Shown here: positions 10,039 to 21,188 of the stretch, in pieces
How the letters are laid out: the number at the start of each line of letters is the position of its first letter
How positions within the stretch are numbered: position 1 is the first letter of the stretch
NCBI GenBank assembly: GCA_039591655.1
Contig: JBDHDE010000008.1
Span: 1-64,000, forward strand
DNA length: 64,000 bases
Direction: 5' to 3'
Source: Gemmatimonadota bacterium
GTDB taxonomy: Bacteria; Gemmatimonadota; Gemmatimonadetes; Gemmatimonadales; GWC2-71-9
Notes under the pieces: model-generated
Told to the model about the DNA's origin: nothing
What the model saw: only the letters and a program-made list of their open reading frames with translations
Databases searched by the model: none
Program-made: the position numbers and the translations under genes

Positions 10039-10415
10039 CAGCCGCTGGCTCCGACTTCCTGTTTGAAGGCGCGCACCAGATCCTTGGTCCCGAGCCCCAA
10101 CCGAGCTGCCTTGGCCATCATCTCGCGCACCAGGCGCTCCGCCTCGGCCGTCCGCTCCTGGGAGCGGCGCCCCGGCTCGACCTCCCGCACGAAGGTGCCG
10201 GATCCCTGACGCATCTCCACGAACCCCTCGGCCTCCAGTGCGCGGTAGGCCTGGACCACGGTGGCGGGATTCACCCGGAGCCGGCCCGCGAGCTGGCGCA
10301 CCGACGGGAGGGCGTCTCCGGGACCCAACTCCCCCGCCGCCACCGCCACGCGGATGCGGGCCGCGATCTGGTCGTACAGCGGTGTCGGGCTCCGTGGATC
10401 GATCCGGGTGAGCAT
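10038..10415 (-). CDS. ytrA: GntR-family (YtrA subfamily) transcriptional regulator
   Basis: PLYDQIA...LPSVRQLA..L.VNPATV..AY..LE.EG...RQGSGTFV with a short C-terminal helix; directly upstream of the ABC ATPase. Confidence 0.88.
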   Translation of the reverse strand: MLTRIDPRSPTPLYDQIAARIRVAVAAGELGPGDALPSVRQLAGRLRVNPATVVQAYRALEAEGFVEMRQGSGTFVREVEPGRRSQERTAEAERLVREMMAKAARLGLGTKDLVRAFKQEVGASG

Positions 10416-10434
10416 CAACCCGCTTACCCCCACA

Positions 10435-10458
10435 AGTGTATTGGTGATGCGATACACT
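10435..10458. promoter_or_regulatory. YtrA-type operator (inverted repeat)
   Basis: AGTGTA-N12-TACACT (extends to AGTGTAT...ATACACT) just upstream of ytrA, overlapping the -10. Confidence 0.8.
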
Positions 10459-10482
10459 ATCACATCGGCACGGCGCTGTCAA
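10454..10482 (-). promoter_or_regulatory. sigma70 promoter of the ytrA operon
   Basis: Minus strand TTGACA (10482-10477)-N17-TAGTGT (10459-10454). Confidence 0.8.
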
Positions 10483-10640
10483 CCGTGTCCCTAAGTGATT
10501 GACATAAAATGTGATACGTCACTTGAGCCGGACCCCGGCGGGACCGCCGGTCCCGGCCAGGGCCGTTAAGCTTGTCGGCCCCGTAGATTCCTCATTGGGA
10601 AGAGGCCGAATGGCCAGTGACGAACCGAGAGGAGTGTCAG

Positions 10641-11129
10641 GTGCTCGACGCCATCAAGCGCTTCTTCGACCTGAACCTCGCGCCCGCCGAGCCGGCGGAG
10701 AGCGGCGACGCCGACGCGGCGGCCTCCGCTCCTGCCGGCAGCCCCATCCAGGTGGCCGCCTGCGCACTGCTGCTGGAGCTGGCATACGCCGACGACGAGT
10801 TCACAGCGGACGAGCGGGAGCACATCGAGGAGACGCTCACCCGCCACTTCGCCATTCCCCTGGAGATGGCCCGGGAGCTGATCGAGCTGGCGGAGGAGGA
10901 GCGGCGCCGGGCCGTGGATCTGTACCAGTTCACGTCCCTCATCAATCGGCACTACGACGAGGGCCAGCGCATGGTGCTGGCCGAGGTGATGTGGCGTCTG
11001 GTGTACGCCGACGGGGAGCTGGCCAAGCACGAGAGCTACCTGATGCGCAGGCTGTCGAGCCTGCTGGAGCTCAGGCCCGGCTACCTGGCGGAGGCCCGCA
11101 AGCGCGCCGTGGGGCGCCAGCCGGACTGA
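10641..11129 (+). CDS. TerB-family protein
   Basis: AACALLLELAYAD..F..DE; DLYQFTSLIN; LVYADG.L...E. GTG at 10641 after GAGGAG. Confidence 0.85.
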   Translation: MLDAIKRFFDLNLAPAEPAESGDADAAASAPAGSPIQVAACALLLELAYADDEFTADEREHIEETLTRHFAIPLEMARELIELAEEERRRAVDLYQFTSLINRHYDEGQRMVLAEVMWRLVYADGELAKHESYLMRRLSSLLELRPGYLAEARKRAVGRQPD

Positions 11130-11137
11130 CCGTGCCC

Positions 11138-12550
11138 GTGGCCAGCCTCTCCGATCGGGTGCTGGAGCACCTGCGGGACAGCGGGCTCTTCCCCCGGCCC
11201 GGCCTAGCGCTGCTGGCGGTGAGCGGGGGCGGCGACTCGGTGGCCCTGCTGGATCTGTTCGCGGGGCTGGCGCCCAAGTTGGAGCTGGAGCTCGCGGTGG
11301 CTCACGTGGATCACGGGATCGCGGCACAGAGCGGCGCGGTGGCCCGGCAGGTGGAGGAGCTGGCCCGGGGCTATGGACTCGACGCGCACGTGACCGCCCT
11401 GGGGCTTGGGGCCGGGGCGTCCGAGACCCAGGCGCGGCGTGGGCGCTACCGGGCCCTGCGGCGGATTCAGCGGGACACGGGAGCGCGCTACGTGGTCACG
11501 GCGCATCACGCCGACGACCAGGCTGAGACCGTGCTGTATCGCCTGCTGCGGGGCTCGGGACTCGCCGGGCTCGCGGGCATCCCGGCCCGGGGCCCCAGGG
11601 GGCTGGTGCGACCCCTCCTGCCGTTCCGCCGTGCAGAGCTCGAGGCGTGGCTCGCCGAGCGGGAGCGTGCCACGGGTGCAGCGCTCCCGGTGCACCGGGA
11701 CCCGGCCAACGCGGACGAGCGGCACGACCGTGTCTGGGTGCGCCAGCGGCTGCTGCCTCTGGTGGGGGAGCGGTTCGGCTCGGTCGCCGGGCGGCGCCTG
11801 GCGCAGGTGGCGCGCCATGCCGGCTCCGAGCGCAGCGCCTGGGCGAGCGTGCTGCGGCTCCTCCCGGAGCTCGATTTCCAGGCCGCGAAGGGCGTCGTCG
11901 AGGTTGCTCGCGATCCCCTGCTACGGTATGATAAGACGTTGTCGGAGGCGCTCTTGCGAGCTCTGGCACGGGAGGCCGGCTGTGTCCTCGGACCACGCCG
12001 TGCCGCCCGCCTCCTGGAGCTGGTCGGGAGGAGTCCCAGCGGGCGCGTACTGCAGCTGGGGTCGGGGTGGGAGGCGGAGCTCGTGTTCGACCGGGTTCGC
12101 ATCGTTCCGGCGGCTAGGAGCGGGGACGGTCCCGCAGCGGTAGACTGCGGCGAGCAGCCCGAGGGCTCCGTGGCCTGGCACGGCTGGGAGCTCCGCTGGC
12201 AGAGCGAGTCGGCCGGCCAAACGGTGCGTCAGTCGTTCACCACGTGGGTGACGCCGGGGACCGGCACCGTGCGGGCGCCGGCGGCCGGGGATCGCATCGT
12301 GCCACTGGGCGGCGTGGGTCGTCGCAGGGTGCGCCGGCTGCTCATGGAAGCCCGCGTTCCGTTCCGCGAGCGGGGGAGCTACCCGGTGCTGGTCCGTGAG
12401 AGCGAGGTGCTGTGGATTCCGGGGATCTGCCGCTCGACGGCGGCGGTGCCCCAGGCGGGCCAGCCGGCGCTGCGGATCGAGGCGCGTGCCGGGGAGTATT
12501 ACCCGGCGGACGAGCGTCGGGGACGCCCCTCCTCCGAGGCGACGATGTGA
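11138..12550 (+). CDS. tilS: tRNA(Ile)-lysidine synthetase
   Basis: AVSGGGDS PP-loop, AHVDHG, TAHHADDQAET, RPLL. Start 11132 or 11138. Confidence 0.92.
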   Translation: MASLSDRVLEHLRDSGLFPRPGLALLAVSGGGDSVALLDLFAGLAPKLELELAVAHVDHGIAAQSGAVARQVEELARGYGLDAHVTALGLGAGASETQARRGRYRALRRIQRDTGARYVVTAHHADDQAETVLYRLLRGSGLAGLAGIPARGPRGLVRPLLPFRRAELEAWLAERERATGAALPVHRDPANADERHDRVWVRQRLLPLVGERFGSVAGRRLAQVARHAGSERSAWASVLRLLPELDFQAAKGVVEVARDPLLRYDKTLSEALLRALAREAGCVLGPRRAARLLELVGRSPSGRVLQLGSGWEAELVFDRVRIVPAARSGDGPAAVDCGEQPEGSVAWHGWELRWQSESAGQTVRQSFTTWVTPGTGTVRAPAAGDRIVPLGGVGRRRVRRLLMEARVPFRERGSYPVLVRESEVLWIPGICRSTAAVPQAGQPALRIEARAGEYYPADERRGRPSSEATM

Positions 12551-12601
12551 TCACCTGGCGAGCCGTGCATGGCCGCCGCTCACGCGAGTACGAGTGCATA
12601 G

Positions 12602-14586
<1,985 letters not shown>

Positions 14587-14590
<4 letters not shown>

Positions 14591-15759
14591 CGCTCCTCCC
14601 CCTCGTCTCGCAGAGCCCAGCCGACCTTCAAGAGGCGCTGGTCGAGCGGGGCCTCGATCCCGGACGGGCGGACGCCGCCGCCCAGGGATTGAGGCCCCTC
14701 GCCGTTGTGTTCGACGAGCTCGATGCGGCGGCCCGGGATGCCGTGGCCGACGCCGCGCGTCGGGCAGGGATCGAGTGCCTCACGGGCGAGGGTTGGGCAC
14801 TCCTGGCTGGGGGGGCCGCCCGTCTAGCCGGGCTGGCCCGCCCCGATCGCTCGCGTCTCCCCCCCGGGCTGGCGGATGCCCTGGGGCGGTTCGTAGCCGG
14901 CGCCCTGGAGCGTCCCCAGATGTGGCACATGGCGCGGGGGACGGTTTCCCTGGCGCAGCCGGTGGTGGTGGGCATCCTCAACGTTACGCCTGACTCCTTC
15001 AGCGACGGCGGTCGGTTTCTGGATCCGGAAGGCGCGCTTGACCATGCGGCCCAGCTCGTCGCAGCGGGTGCCGACATGGTGGACGTGGGCGCAGAGTCCA
15101 CGCGACCGGGGCGGCCGGAGCCGGTGCCGGCCGACGAAGAGTGGCGCCGCCTGGGGCCGGTCATCGACGGATTGGTGGCGCAGTTCCCGGATGTGCCCCT
15201 GAGCGTGGACACGGTCAAGGCCGAGACGGCCGCTCGGGCGCTGGAGGCGGGGGCCTGGGCCATCAACGACGTCTCGGCATTGCGGCTCGATCCCGCCATC
15301 GCGGAGGTATGCGCCGGGCACGACGCGGGACTCATCCTTATGCACTCCCGCGGCTCCGTGCTCGAGATGGCAGGCTACGACCACGCCAGCTACGAAAACG
15401 TGACCGTTGAGGTCGTGAGTGAGCTCTCACACGCGATGCGGATCGCCCAGGAGCGGGGGGTGAGCCGGGAGCGCATCGTGCTGGATCCCGGGCTCGGCTT
15501 CGCGAAGCAGCCGCAGCACAATCACGAAGTGCTGCGCCGGCTCCCGGCCCTCGCTGCTCTGGGGTGCCCCATCATGGTCGGCCCGTCGCGCAAGCGGTTC
15601 CTGGGCGCGGTCACGGGGAAAGCGGTCGGCGATCGCGACCAGGCGACGGCGGCGGCGTGCGTGACGGGCTACTGGCTGGGCGCGTCCCTGTTTCGCGTCC
15701 ACGCCGTCGCCCCCACACGGGAAGCCCTGGCGGTCGCCCACGCTGTAGGGGGCGTCTGA
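14587..15759 (+). CDS. folP: Dihydropteroate synthase with N-terminal extension
   Basis: GILNVTPDSFSDGG, DVGAESTRPG, LDPGLGFAK, SRKRF. Confidence 0.94.
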
Positions 15760-16562
15760 TGTCGCTGGAGCAACTGCGATTCCTGGTTCCGGATCTCTAC
15801 GACATCTTCGAGATCCTGATCGTGGCGTTCGTCATCTACCGCCTCCTGCTCTTCCTGGCGGGCACGCGCGCGCTCCAGATCCTGGTGGGCATCACCGCGC
15901 TCTTCGTCATCTACTTCGCCGCGCTGGTGCTCAAGCTCAACATGATCAGCACGCTGCTCGGCGTAGTGTTCACCTACGGCGCCTTCGCGGCGATCGTGGT
16001 GTTCCAGCCGGAGCTGCGGCACGCACTGGCGCGGCTCGGCCGGTCGCGGCTGGTGAGCTTCCTGGCGAGCTCCAGCAAGCGGGCCGTCGCGGACGAGATC
16101 GCCGAAGCGGTGAGTCGCCTGGCCCGCAACGGGACGGGGGCAATCGTCGTGGTGGAGCGCGACGTGTCTCTGGATCACTACATCGAGACCGGCACCGTGA
16201 TGCGAGCCACCGTGTCGGCCGACTTGCTCACCACGATCTTCACGCCCTACTCGCCGCTGCACGACGGGGCCGTGATCGTGCGCGGCGATCAGATGGTGGG
16301 CGCGGGATGTGTACTACCTCTCACTCAGTTTCCCGTGACCGACAAGTCGCTGGGCACGCGGCATCGTGCCGCCCTGGGACTCTCGGAGGAGACCGATGCC
16401 ATGGTGATCGTGGTTTCGGAGGAGACCTCCAAGGTGTCGGTGGCGGAGCGCGGCATGCTCAGACGCGGCGTCACGCCCGACCAGGTGCGCGAGGCCCTCG
16501 CCGGCCCCGGCGAGAAGGGGCTTGCGCTGGGGGGCTCCCGGAGTGACGCTTCACCCGCCTAA
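15759..16562 (+). CDS. dacA: Diadenylate cyclase CdaA/DacA
   Basis: Three N-terminal TMs, FQPELR, PLHDGAV (DGA), LGTRHRAA (RHR), VSEET. Confidence 0.93.
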   Translation: MSLEQLRFLVPDLYDIFEILIVAFVIYRLLLFLAGTRALQILVGITALFVIYFAALVLKLNMISTLLGVVFTYGAFAAIVVFQPELRHALARLGRSRLVSFLASSSKRAVADEIAEAVSRLARNGTGAIVVVERDVSLDHYIETGTVMRATVSADLLTTIFTPYSPLHDGAVIVRGDQMVGAGCVLPLTQFPVTDKSLGTRHRAALGLSEETDAMVIVVSEETSKVSVAERGMLRRGVTPDQVREALAGPGEKGLALGGSRSDASPA

Positions 16563-16589
16563 ATAGGTCACCACTTCAGGTCGAACCAC

Positions 16590-19127
16590 GTGAGCGAATC
16601 CACGCAGGTCAGCGCTGCAAGGGTCCCGTATCCGGGTGCCGTCGCCGTTTTCGTAGCGGTGCTCGTGGGGTACGTCGTCACCCTCGCCCCGACCGTCACG
16701 TTCTGGGATGCCGGCGAGTTCATCGCTGCGGCGAAGATCCTGGGGATTCCGCATCCGCCCGGTACCCCGCTGTTCGTGCTCATGGGCAACGTCTGGGGCG
16801 GACTGGTTCCCATCGGGGAGTTCGCCTACCGCACGAATCTGATGACGGCGGTGTTCTCCGCAGCGGCGGCGGCGCTCTTCTTCCTGCTGGTGGTGCAGGC
16901 GTTGCGGGGCTGGAACCTGGAGTCGGCGCCGGCCGGCGTCACTCAGGTGACGGCTGACCGGATCTTCACCGTGGGCGGGGGAGTGGCGGCGGCCCTGCTC
17001 TCGGCTTTCGCGTTCACCGTCTGGCAGAACTCCAACGAGACGGAAGTCTACATGGTCGCGGCGTTCTCCATCGCGGCCATCTGCTGGCTCGCCTGGGAGT
17101 GGCGCAAGCATCGGGGCAGGGAACGCGCGCCCCACGTGCTGCTCATCATCGTCTACCTGGCGGCCGTCTCCGTGGGCAACCACCTCCTCACGCTGTTGGT
17201 CGGTCCGGCGCTCATCGGATACATGTGGCACGTTCTCAAGAACCAGCCGCTCCCGGACGAGGGGGACCGGCGCACCGAGTGGGCTCAGTGGGCAGTGGTG
17301 ATCGGGGTGTGGGCGCTGCTCATTGGCGTGGGATTGGGGAGCAAGGGGCTGCTGATCGTGGGTGGGGTGGCCTTCGTGGGAGCGACGGCCTACGCGGCCT
17401 CCGTGGGTGCGCTCCCGTTCGCCGCCACGGTCCTGGCAATCGCCGTCGTGGGCGCCTCTACGTACCTGTTCCTGCTGCTGCGGGCGAAGGTCGGACCGTT
17501 CCTCAACGAAGCGGACCCCTCGACGTGGGAGCGCCTCTGGGCGGTCATCGCCCGGGAGCAATACCCGCCCCGCTCACCCATCGACAACCCGATCTACACG
17601 GTGCGGGGCCAGGGTGGCTTCGTGGATCGCCTGGGCGCGTTCTTCGGGTGCCTCCCGCGGCTCACCGACGGACCCGTGCCTCCCGACGAGGCGGTGTTCG
17701 GGGTGCCGCGCTGCCACACGGTGCGCAGTATTCCCCTCATACTGCGTCAGATCCAGAACTACCTGCAGTACTTCGACTGGCAGTGGGCCAACGGCCTGGC
17801 GGCCAGCGAGCCCGTGTTCGCCCGCGTGCGCCTGCCCATCACGCTGGGCTTCATCAGCCTCGGGATCTACGGGGCGCACGTCCTGCGGCGCCTCGACCGC
17901 TCCATCTTCTGGCTCCTGATCCTGCTGTTCCTCACCACGGGTCCCGGGCTCATGGGCTACATGAACTTCAAGCCCGGGTTCTCTCTGGCGTGGGACCTGT
18001 ATCCCCAGATGGACATGCACGAGGTTCGTGAGCGGGACTACTTCTTCACCGTCTCGTTCCAGGTGTGGGGCCTGCTGGCCGGCATCGGGCTCGCCGGGCT
18101 GTACTGGCAGTTGCGCCGCAAGCTCGGTGCGCCAGCCGGGGATGGCCGGTGGATGGACGTGCGCGCCGTGGCACCGGCGGCTGTGTTGCTGATCGCCCTG
18201 ACGCCCCTGGTGATCAACTTCCGCGCGGCGAGCCGCGCCCACGGTCCGGAAGCCACCCTGGCGCGGGACTTCGCCTACGACCTGGTCCAAACGGCGGAGC
18301 CCTACGGGATCGTATTCACCAACGGCGACAACGACACGTTTCCCCTGTGGTACGTCCAGGAAGTGGAGGAGATTCGGCAAGACGTGGCGGTGGTGAACCT
18401 CTCGCTGGCCAATACCGAATGGTACATCAGGCAGCTGCGGGACAATCCGGTGCGCCCCTTCCGACCCGAGCAGGCCCCGTGGTTCGCGCACCTGGCACCG
18501 CCGTCGGTGCCGGGGCCGCTGCATTCGCTGCGCGATGACGAGATCGGGTCGCTCAGGGCTACGCTGCTTCCCCGGGCCCTCACCTTCCGCGCCGGACGAG
18601 TGGTGGTCACTTTCCCCGAGAACTCGGCCCTCTACATCCACAACCTGGTCTCGCTGCGCCTGCTGCAGGAGAACTGGCAGCGACGACCGGTCTATTTCTC
18701 ACTGACGTCGGGGAGCGAGAACTGGAGCCTGGTGAGCGATCACCTGGTGCAGGAGGCGCTGGCTTTCCGGGTGTACGCCCACGCCGAGCCGGACACGTCG
18801 CGCTTCAGCCCCAGCCTCTTCGGGCTGCCCCTAGACGTGCCCCGTACGGACTCCCTCGTCTGGCACCTGTACCGCTACGCCGATCTGTTCCGCGGCGACA
18901 CCCTGGCGCTGGATCCCACCAATCGCAACATCGCGGTGAATCTGAGCTACGGCTTCTACGCTCTGGCGCAGGCTCACGAGGTGCGCGGCGAGCGCGAGCG
19001 CAGCCAGGAGAATCTCCGCCGCGGGCTCTGGCTGCAGCCGATCCCGGAGCTGCAGCAGATGCTGGAGACCGGATCCGACATCTTCCGACCGCCCCCGGAG
19101 CCGGTGGACACCGCCGGCGGGCAGTAG
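16590..19127 (+). CDS. DUF2723/TMEM260-like polytopic membrane protein (putative GT-C glycosyltransferase)
   Basis: TLAPTVTFWDAGEF, HPPGTPLF, ETEVY, RERDYFF, FTNGDNDTFPLWY motifs. Confidence 0.85.
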   Translation: MSESTQVSAARVPYPGAVAVFVAVLVGYVVTLAPTVTFWDAGEFIAAAKILGIPHPPGTPLFVLMGNVWGGLVPIGEFAYRTNLMTAVFSAAAAALFFLLVVQALRGWNLESAPAGVTQVTADRIFTVGGGVAAALLSAFAFTVWQNSNETEVYMVAAFSIAAICWLAWEWRKHRGRERAPHVLLIIVYLAAVSVGNHLLTLLVGPALIGYMWHVLKNQPLPDEGDRRTEWAQWAVVIGVWALLIGVGLGSKGLLIVGGVAFVGATAYAASVGALPFAATVLAIAVVGASTYLFLLLRAKVGPFLNEADPSTWERLWAVIAREQYPPRSPIDNPIYTVRGQGGFVDRLGAFFGCLPRLTDGPVPPDEAVFGVPRCHTVRSIPLILRQIQNYLQYFDWQWANGLAASEPVFARVRLPITLGFISLGIYGAHVLRRLDRSIFWLLILLFLTTGPGLMGYMNFKPGFSLAWDLYPQMDMHEVRERDYFFTVSFQVWGLLAGIGLAGLYWQLRRKLGAPAGDGRWMDVRAVAPAAVLLIALTPLVINFRAASRAHGPEATLARDFAYDLVQTAEPYGIVFTNGDNDTFPLWYVQEVEEIRQDVAVVNLSLANTEWYIRQLRDNPVRPFRPEQAPWFAHLAPPSVPGPLHSLRDDEIGSLRATLLPRALTFRAGRVVVTFPENSALYIHNLVSLRLLQENWQRRPVYFSLTSGSENWSLVSDHLVQEALAFRVYAHAEPDTSRFSPSLFGLPLDVPRTDSLVWHLYRYADLFRGDTLALDPTNRNIAVNLSYGFYALAQAHEVRGERERSQENLRRGLWLQPIPELQQMLETGSDIFRPPPEPVDTAGGQ

Positions 19128-19177
19128 CGGTCGGGCGGACTCGCCTCAGGGCGCAAGTTCCACTACTTTCACAGGTT

Positions 19178-19873
19178 ATGAATCTCGATGCCCTCCCGGG
19201 GAATCTCGCGCGGGTGCGTGACGAGATCGCCCGGGTGCAGGCCCACGAGGGGGTGAGCGGGGAGGTCACGATCGTAGCGGTGACCAAGGGTCACCCGCCC
19301 GAGGCCGCCGTGGCGGCGCATCGGGCCGGTCTGCGCGACCTGGGGGAGAACCGGGTGCAGGAGGCGCTGCACAAGATCGACGGGCTCTCCGAGCTGCCGG
19401 TGTGCTGGCACCTGATCGGGCACCTGCAGACCAACAAGGCCAAGCACGTGCCCGGGCGCTTCGCCATGGTGCACTCGGTGGATTCGGGGCGAGTGGCCGA
19501 CGCGTTGGGCCGGGCGGTGGAGCGACACGAGGAGGCCGGGGCGCTCCCGGTGCTGCTGCAGGTGAACATGGCTGGTGAGGAACAGAAGAGTGGCTGCCCG
19601 CCTGAGGAGGCCGAACAGCTCGCGGCGCAGATCGCGGGCCTGCCGGCGCTCAGCCTCCGGGGGTTAATGACCATGGCACCGTTCGTCGACGACGAGGTCG
19701 TGCAGCGGCGGGTGTTCTCCGACCTGCGGTGCGTGCGGGACCGACTGACGAGCCAGGGACTCGAGTTGCCCGAGCTGTCGATGGGGATGACGGGCGACTA
19801 CCAGGCGGCGGTGGCCGAGGGGGCCACCATCCTGCGCCTGGGCACAGTGTTGTTTGGGGAGCGAGCGACATGA
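19178..19873 (+). CDS. yggS: PLP homeostasis protein YggS
   Basis: VAVTK, GENRVQE, WHLIGHLQTNK, GLMTM, LSMGM, RLGT..FG. Confidence 0.95.
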   Translation: MNLDALPGNLARVRDEIARVQAHEGVSGEVTIVAVTKGHPPEAAVAAHRAGLRDLGENRVQEALHKIDGLSELPVCWHLIGHLQTNKAKHVPGRFAMVHSVDSGRVADALGRAVERHEEAGALPVLLQVNMAGEEQKSGCPPEEAEQLAAQIAGLPALSLRGLMTMAPFVDDEVVQRRVFSDLRCVRDRLTSQGLELPELSMGMTGDYQAAVAEGATILRLGTVLFGERAT

Positions 19874-20364
19874 ACGACGAAGGCTTTCGGCTGACGCCGG
19901 TTGACGTACGGTCTCAGGAGTTCCGCCGCAGCGCACTGGGTTACGACGTGGCGGGCGTCGAGGAATTCCGTGCCCGCGTGGCGGATGAGCTGGAGCGCCT
20001 GTTGCGGGAGCGCGCCATGCTGGAGGAGCGCCTGCAGAACCTGCGGGAGCAGCTCAAGTCGTTCCGCGAGCGGGAGAAGGCGCTGAACGACGCGGTGGTC
20101 ATGGCGCAGCAGGTGCGGGCCGACGCGGAGCAGGCGGCGAAGCGCGACACTGAGATCACCGTTCGAGAGGCCGCTGCGAGGGCCGAAGAGATCATCGCGG
20201 CCGCCCGCGTGACGGAAACCGACGTGCGGCGCGATATCGAGGAGGCCCAGCGGCAGTTCTCGAGCTACCTCTCGGCGTTCCGGCGCCTGCTCGAGCGCCA
20301 GCTGGCGGAAGTGGATTCCCTGGTGGAGCACGAGCAGGACGGCAGCATGCCGGGGGCGGAGTGA
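19870..20364 (+). CDS. divIVA: DivIVA-domain protein
   Basis: LTPVDVRSQEF....GYD...VEEF N-terminal motif followed by coiled coil. Confidence 0.85.
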   Translation: MNDEGFRLTPVDVRSQEFRRSALGYDVAGVEEFRARVADELERLLRERAMLEERLQNLREQLKSFREREKALNDAVVMAQQVRADAEQAAKRDTEITVREAAARAEEIIAAARVTETDVRRDIEEAQRQFSSYLSAFRRLLERQLAEVDSLVEHEQDGSMPGAE

Positions 20365-21188
20365 CGCCGAAGCTCTCGGAGGGAATCGGCCGGGCCGTGG
20401 ACGTCGTGCGGGAGACGACTGGGTTCGAGCCGGAGGTCGCCCTCATCCTCGGTACCGGGTTGGGCGGGCTGGCGGGAGAGATCCAGCTCGCTGCCGAGAT
20501 CGGCTACGAGAAGATACCGGGCTTCCCGCTGTCCACCGTTGAGACCCACGCTGGCCGGCTGCTGTTCGGGCGGCTCGGCGGGAAGCCGGTGGTGGCGATG
20601 CAGGGACGGTTCCATCGGTATGAGGGGTACTCGATGCAGCAGATCACGTTCCCGGTGCGTGTGATGCACGCTCTGGGGGCGACGACGCTGGTGGTGTCCA
20701 ATGCTTGCGGCGGCATGGTTCCGCTGTGGGGGCCGGGGGACCTGGTTCTCATTGCCGATCACATCAACCTGCTGGGTGACAACCCCCTCATCGGGCCGAA
20801 CAACGAGGAGCTGGGGCCGCGGTTCCCCGACATGTCGCGGGCCTACGACCCGGGCCTGCGGGAGGTGGCGCGGGAGACGGCCCGTGAGCTGAGGCTCACG
20901 CTGCGGGAGGGCGTCTACGTGGCCGTGCCCGGCCCCAACCTGGAGACGCCGGCCGAGTACCGCTTCCTGCGGGCCATCGGCGCCGATGTGGTAGGCATGT
21001 CCACCGTGCCGGAAGTCATCGTCGCCGCGCATGGGGGGATGCGCGTTCTCGGCATCTCGATCATCACCGATCAGTGCCTGCCCGACGCTCTGGAGCCGGT
21101 GGACATTCCGACCATCATCGCGACGGCGGCGGCGGCGGAGCCCAGCCTCACGCGGCTCGTGACGGGCGTGCTGGAGCGGATGCCCTGA
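20361..21188 (+). CDS. punA: Purine nucleoside phosphorylase (trimeric type)
   Basis: ILGTGLG, MQGRFHRYEG, GPNLETPAE, VGMSTVPE. Confidence 0.93.
   Translation: MTPKLSEGIGRAVDVVRETTGFEPEVALILGTGLGGLAGEIQLAAEIGYEKIPGFPLSTVETHAGRLLFGRLGGKPVVAMQGRFHRYEGYSMQQITFPVRVMHALGATTLVVSNACGGMVPLWGPGDLVLIADHINLLGDNPLIGPNNEELGPRFPDMSRAYDPGLREVARETARELRLTLREGVYVAVPGPNLETPAEYRFLRAIGADVVGMSTVPEVIVAAHGGMRVLGISIITDQCLPDALEPVDIPTIIATAAAAEPSLTRLVTGVLERMP

Noticed and set aside
10510..10524. CRP/FNR/Rex site TGTGA-tacg-TCACT
   Set aside because: Spacer is 4 bp rather than the required 6.
10511..11137. 679-aa ORF read as an N-terminally extended TilS
   Set aside because: The upstream part is an Arg/Gly-rich shadow frame over the TerB-family gene; TilS homology begins near 11138.
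20170..20205. MCP-like methylation site (AARAEEIIAAA) in DivIVA as a CheR target
   Set aside because: Generic Ala/Glu coiled-coil pattern common in DivIVA; no real support.
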